A stretch of DNA of 64,000 nt from Gammaproteobacteria bacterium (GTDB lineage: Bacteria; Pseudomonadota; Gammaproteobacteria; UBA4575). The notes beneath the pieces were generated by a model. The model did not search any database and was not told the origin of the DNA. It saw only the letters and a list, made by a program, of their open reading frames with translations. The position numbers and the translations under genes are program-made. The stretch spans positions 1,024,001-1,088,000 of the forward strand of contig CBDEUS010000001.1 of NCBI GenBank assembly GCA_965243395.1, in the 5' to 3' direction. Position 1 is the stretch's first letter, and the number at the start of each line of letters is the position of its first letter. Below are positions 61,064 through 64,000 of this stretch, in pieces.

Positions 61064-61681
61064 CTATTTCTGAACCCAGTTGCCAGAACCATCCTGATAC
61101 CAGGTACCCGCCGCAACTTCTTCGATCCAGACACGTGCAAAAGTTGAACGGATATCCGCTTCCCATTCTGGATGATTATTTGCACGAGCAATTTCGGCAT
61201 ACAATGCCCCTCGTTCTTTATTTTCATCCGCAACTAATTTTTTAACCTGATTTCGCTCTTTTAGTGAAATTAAAGATTGATCTCTAATTTGCACATTTGC
61301 ATTTGAGGTAAGACCCACCGCTCCACTTGCATAATGTGGTTTCAAAGCGATTGCACGTTTTTTCAAACTAGCACGCAATGCACTAATTGCAGGGGTGTTA
61401 ATATTTATATCCGCTTCTGCGTGCGCGGGTGTTATAAGTAAATTTAAAAGTGTACCTGCAACCAAATAAGTCAAATTACCAAAACTTTCAACACTGCTTT
61501 GTTCGTTAGATGTTTCTTGCTTTTCTTTTGAAATATCAGCTTCTTCTTCATTCAATACATCGCGAACAATAATTCTTGCAGCATCTTCTGCGGCGGCTGC
61601 TGGAAAATAAATATTGATCGTTACACATGCTGACAACATCAATCCAAATAGAAAACTACTTATTATTGACTTATGCTTCAT
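61064..61681 (-). CDS. YdbL (DUF1318) protein with N-terminal YnbE-like lipoprotein segment
   Basis: Lipobox LSAC-VTINIYFPAAAAE; C-terminal LVADENKER.ALY.EIA..N, WYQ..G.W.QK. Confidence 0.82.
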   Translation of the reverse strand: MKHKSIISSFLFGLMLSACVTINIYFPAAAAEDAARIIVRDVLNEEEADISKEKQETSNEQSSVESFGNLTYLVAGTLLNLLITPAHAEADININTPAISALRASLKKRAIALKPHYASGAVGLTSNANVQIRDQSLISLKERNQVKKLVADENKERGALYAEIARANNHPEWEADIRSTFARVWIEEVAAGTWYQDGSGNWVQK

Positions 61682-61767
61682 TGTCTTACCACCCTAAATA
61701 ATCCATGTACAAATTTGACATAGTTAATGAATATTAAGTTCCTAGCTCTTAGTTACCTAAATTTATA

Positions 61768-63840
61768 TTAATTTACAATAACTTCCTTAGTACTTATAAC
61801 GCGTTTCAGACGTGCGGTTAATACAGACCAGGATACTTCATCTGTGAACCCCACAATATCAATTCGCGGTACACCGCTGCCCTTAACGATATAAAAACCT
61901 TGTTTATTTGCTGCACTAAAGCCCTCTACTCCACGCATTTTGCAAACATTATTATTTAAGCTACACCCTAGACCTAACTTATCATAACCAAAGCTATCGA
62001 AGAATTTAAGAAAACTCTTCGACAGAACATTCGAGGTACCGTTACCAACTTGCGTTAGATTATCTACTGCCGTTTGACTGATTCGATGCCTTGAATTGTC
62101 ATTTTCGGGAGTTCCAAACCACGCATCAAATTTTACGGGCGACCAGCTAACAAATTGCAACCCATTAATCATGCCACTCATCTTTCCGGTAATTTCGCCA
62201 AATGAAAACGTTTCTGTTAATGAACTTAAATCTAAATTGTTAAGCTGAATATCAGCATATAATTTTGGCGTTATACTGAATATATCTTGTACTTTTAAAT
62301 TATGAATCGTTGTGGTTCCTCCAAACCCTCTCACCAGCAAAGCCCCACCAACTTCAATATCACCTTTCTTATAATGAACTTTGGGAGCATAACCTGCCAA
62401 ATTCCCACTCATCTCTGGCCAACCTAATGATGTGGAAAATTTTGACATGGACACCGGAGTAAGGCTGATATCCATCGTTGCATACTGACTATCTTTACCT
62501 GGCTGGTTAATTTGAAAAGATTCTATATTAATAGAACCATCAAATAGCGGCACTTTTACCGGCTTTGAAAGCTCTAAAGCTGACCCATGATTTATAAATG
62601 AAAACGAACTAGACCCTAATTTTATTTTATATAAATCCGCTAATTCAAAACTGAGCGAATAATGTTGATCGACGTAAACATCTCCCCATCCGATAGCTCC
62701 GTTCAGATTAGTGATGGAAAAGCGTTTCTGATTATCTGCCAGCGACAAATTATCTAAACTCAGATCAACCTGTGTTACTTTAAAATCATCTATGAGCACT
62801 TGCCCGGATAAGCGTCCACTAGTAGCAAGATCGGCAGCATTAGTTTCAAATAAAAATGGCTGAATATAAGAATCATAAACATTTGGGAATAAAGCATAAT
62901 TAACTTTTGCTTGAATTGGGCTAATTATTTTCTTTTTTTCATAATCAAATATTGTTGATAAGTCTACATGCATCGAGTTTTGATCTTCAAAATTAAAATC
63001 GAACAATTCAACTTGTTTAGATCCTATTTCCCAATTTATATTTCCAAAAAGATCCTTTGAGTTCTCATTAGCATCTAGAAATATAGGATCTAAATATAAC
63101 TCTCCCTTGAATATCGTTGAATCTAGCTTTGTTCTCCAAACATCGCCAGATCGTTGACTAACAAACGTAAATCGGGAAGCAACATCTTCACCAACCATTG
63201 TGCTTTCTTCATTTGCGAAGCTGATATTTTTAAGTGACACGTCACCATTAATCATTGTTAAAGTATTATGCTTGCCAAAAAAGCTAACTGTACTCTTTGC
63301 TAAACCAGAAAAGAGCATTTTCGGAAACAATGGAAATTGTTCACGCAGATTTATAAATGATATTTCTTCGCTAATGATTGTTGCCAGCCACCCATCTGTG
63401 TTCATTTCTGCTTTTAATCTTGCAGAACCACCAGCCAAACTAAACTCATCTAATTGCAAATCAATATTGCCACCCTCTCTCCAATAGAACTGAATAGTAG
63501 TTTTTTCTGCGCTAGCCAATGAATCATTAAATGATAGTTCACCTTCGTCACATATGATTTCAAGATTTGAAATAAATCCTTTGTGACATTGCAATAAAAT
63601 ATCTTCAATATCGCCATAATTTTCAGGCAAATTTATAGAACCAATTTGAATTGAATATGATGAGCTTCTTTTGAATAAAGAATCAAAACTTAACACTACA
63701 TCACTAAGCTTGATTCCATGACCATCTATAGTTTCTATATTAATAGATGTTTTTATATCAAAGTTTTCAGCTAAACAATATATTGGTGAACAGCACAGAA
63801 GTAATGCTATTAGATAGTATTTACGATGAGCACGTTGCAC
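61768..63840 (-). CDS. YdbH-like AsmA-family bridge protein
   Basis: Long beta-rich protein, VPLFDGSI, LDLSSLT..FSFGEITG, HRISQTAVDNL, FGYDKLGLGC; upstream of the ydbL-like gene. Confidence 0.72.
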   Translation of the reverse strand: MQRAHRKYYLIALLLCCSPIYCLAENFDIKTSINIETIDGHGIKLSDVVLSFDSLFKRSSSYSIQIGSINLPENYGDIEDILLQCHKGFISNLEIICDEGELSFNDSLASAEKTTIQFYWREGGNIDLQLDEFSLAGGSARLKAEMNTDGWLATIISEEISFINLREQFPLFPKMLFSGLAKSTVSFFGKHNTLTMINGDVSLKNISFANEESTMVGEDVASRFTFVSQRSGDVWRTKLDSTIFKGELYLDPIFLDANENSKDLFGNINWEIGSKQVELFDFNFEDQNSMHVDLSTIFDYEKKKIISPIQAKVNYALFPNVYDSYIQPFLFETNAADLATSGRLSGQVLIDDFKVTQVDLSLDNLSLADNQKRFSITNLNGAIGWGDVYVDQHYSLSFELADLYKIKLGSSSFSFINHGSALELSKPVKVPLFDGSINIESFQINQPGKDSQYATMDISLTPVSMSKFSTSLGWPEMSGNLAGYAPKVHYKKGDIEVGGALLVRGFGGTTTIHNLKVQDIFSITPKLYADIQLNNLDLSSLTETFSFGEITGKMSGMINGLQFVSWSPVKFDAWFGTPENDNSRHRISQTAVDNLTQVGNGTSNVLSKSFLKFFDSFGYDKLGLGCSLNNNVCKMRGVEGFSAANKQGFYIVKGSGVPRIDIVGFTDEVSWSVLTARLKRVISTKEVIVN

Positions 63841-64000
63841 ATTTAGGGTCTTTTTTAATTTCTATACTACGCCACTCCATATTTAGTGCATCCACTAGTA
63901 ATAATTTGTTTGAAAGCGTTTGACCAATATTAATTAGCAGTTTAATAGTCTCAGTGGCTTGTATGCTACCAATTAGACCAGTGACAGAGCCAAGGATTCC
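63821..64000 (-). CDS. moeB: MoeB/ThiF adenylyltransferase, C-terminal 59 aa (5' part outside the window)
   Basis: Manual translation: GILGSVTGLIGSIQATETIKLL...LLLVDALNMEWRSIEIKKDPKCATCSS*, with a terminal Zn CxxC. Confidence 0.85.
   Translation of the reverse strand, partial: GILGSVTGLIGSIQATETIKLLINIGQTLSNKLLLVDALNMEWRSIEIKKDPKCATCSS

Overview
AT-rich chromosomal segment of a gammaproteobacterium, inferred from the ftsK-trxB-aat, surE-pcm-yqaA-nlpD, alaC-hom-thrC, moeA/moaE/moaB/moaA, prc and ydbH-ydbL neighbourhoods. I saw no rRNA, tRNA, CRISPR array, transposase or integrase. The standout feature is an ~18-kb, 18-gene, single-strand cluster (19620-37573). It joins an Agl/Glt-like proton-motor envelope machine (ExbB/TolQ, two ExbD/TolR, a TonB-like AgmX/PglI-type protein, three TPR proteins, OM beta-barrels) to an extracytoplasmic redox module (ApbE flavin transferase, DUF3570-like barrel with a DxxSGAS flavinylation motif, DUF4266-like CGC-tail lipoprotein, TlpA thioredoxin, a tri-heme HzsA-like lipoprotein, a CX4CH lipoprotein), and ends in an orphan GspC-like PDZ gene. 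A second signal is non-coding: two interspersed repeat families (a ~65-bp double-hairpin REP-like element, 3 copies; a 30-bp 9-12-9 imperfect palindrome, 3 full copies plus 1 half copy) bracket small accessory genes, including a BLUF photoreceptor, like cassette boundaries. Family assignments come from motif recognition by eye, not from database searches.
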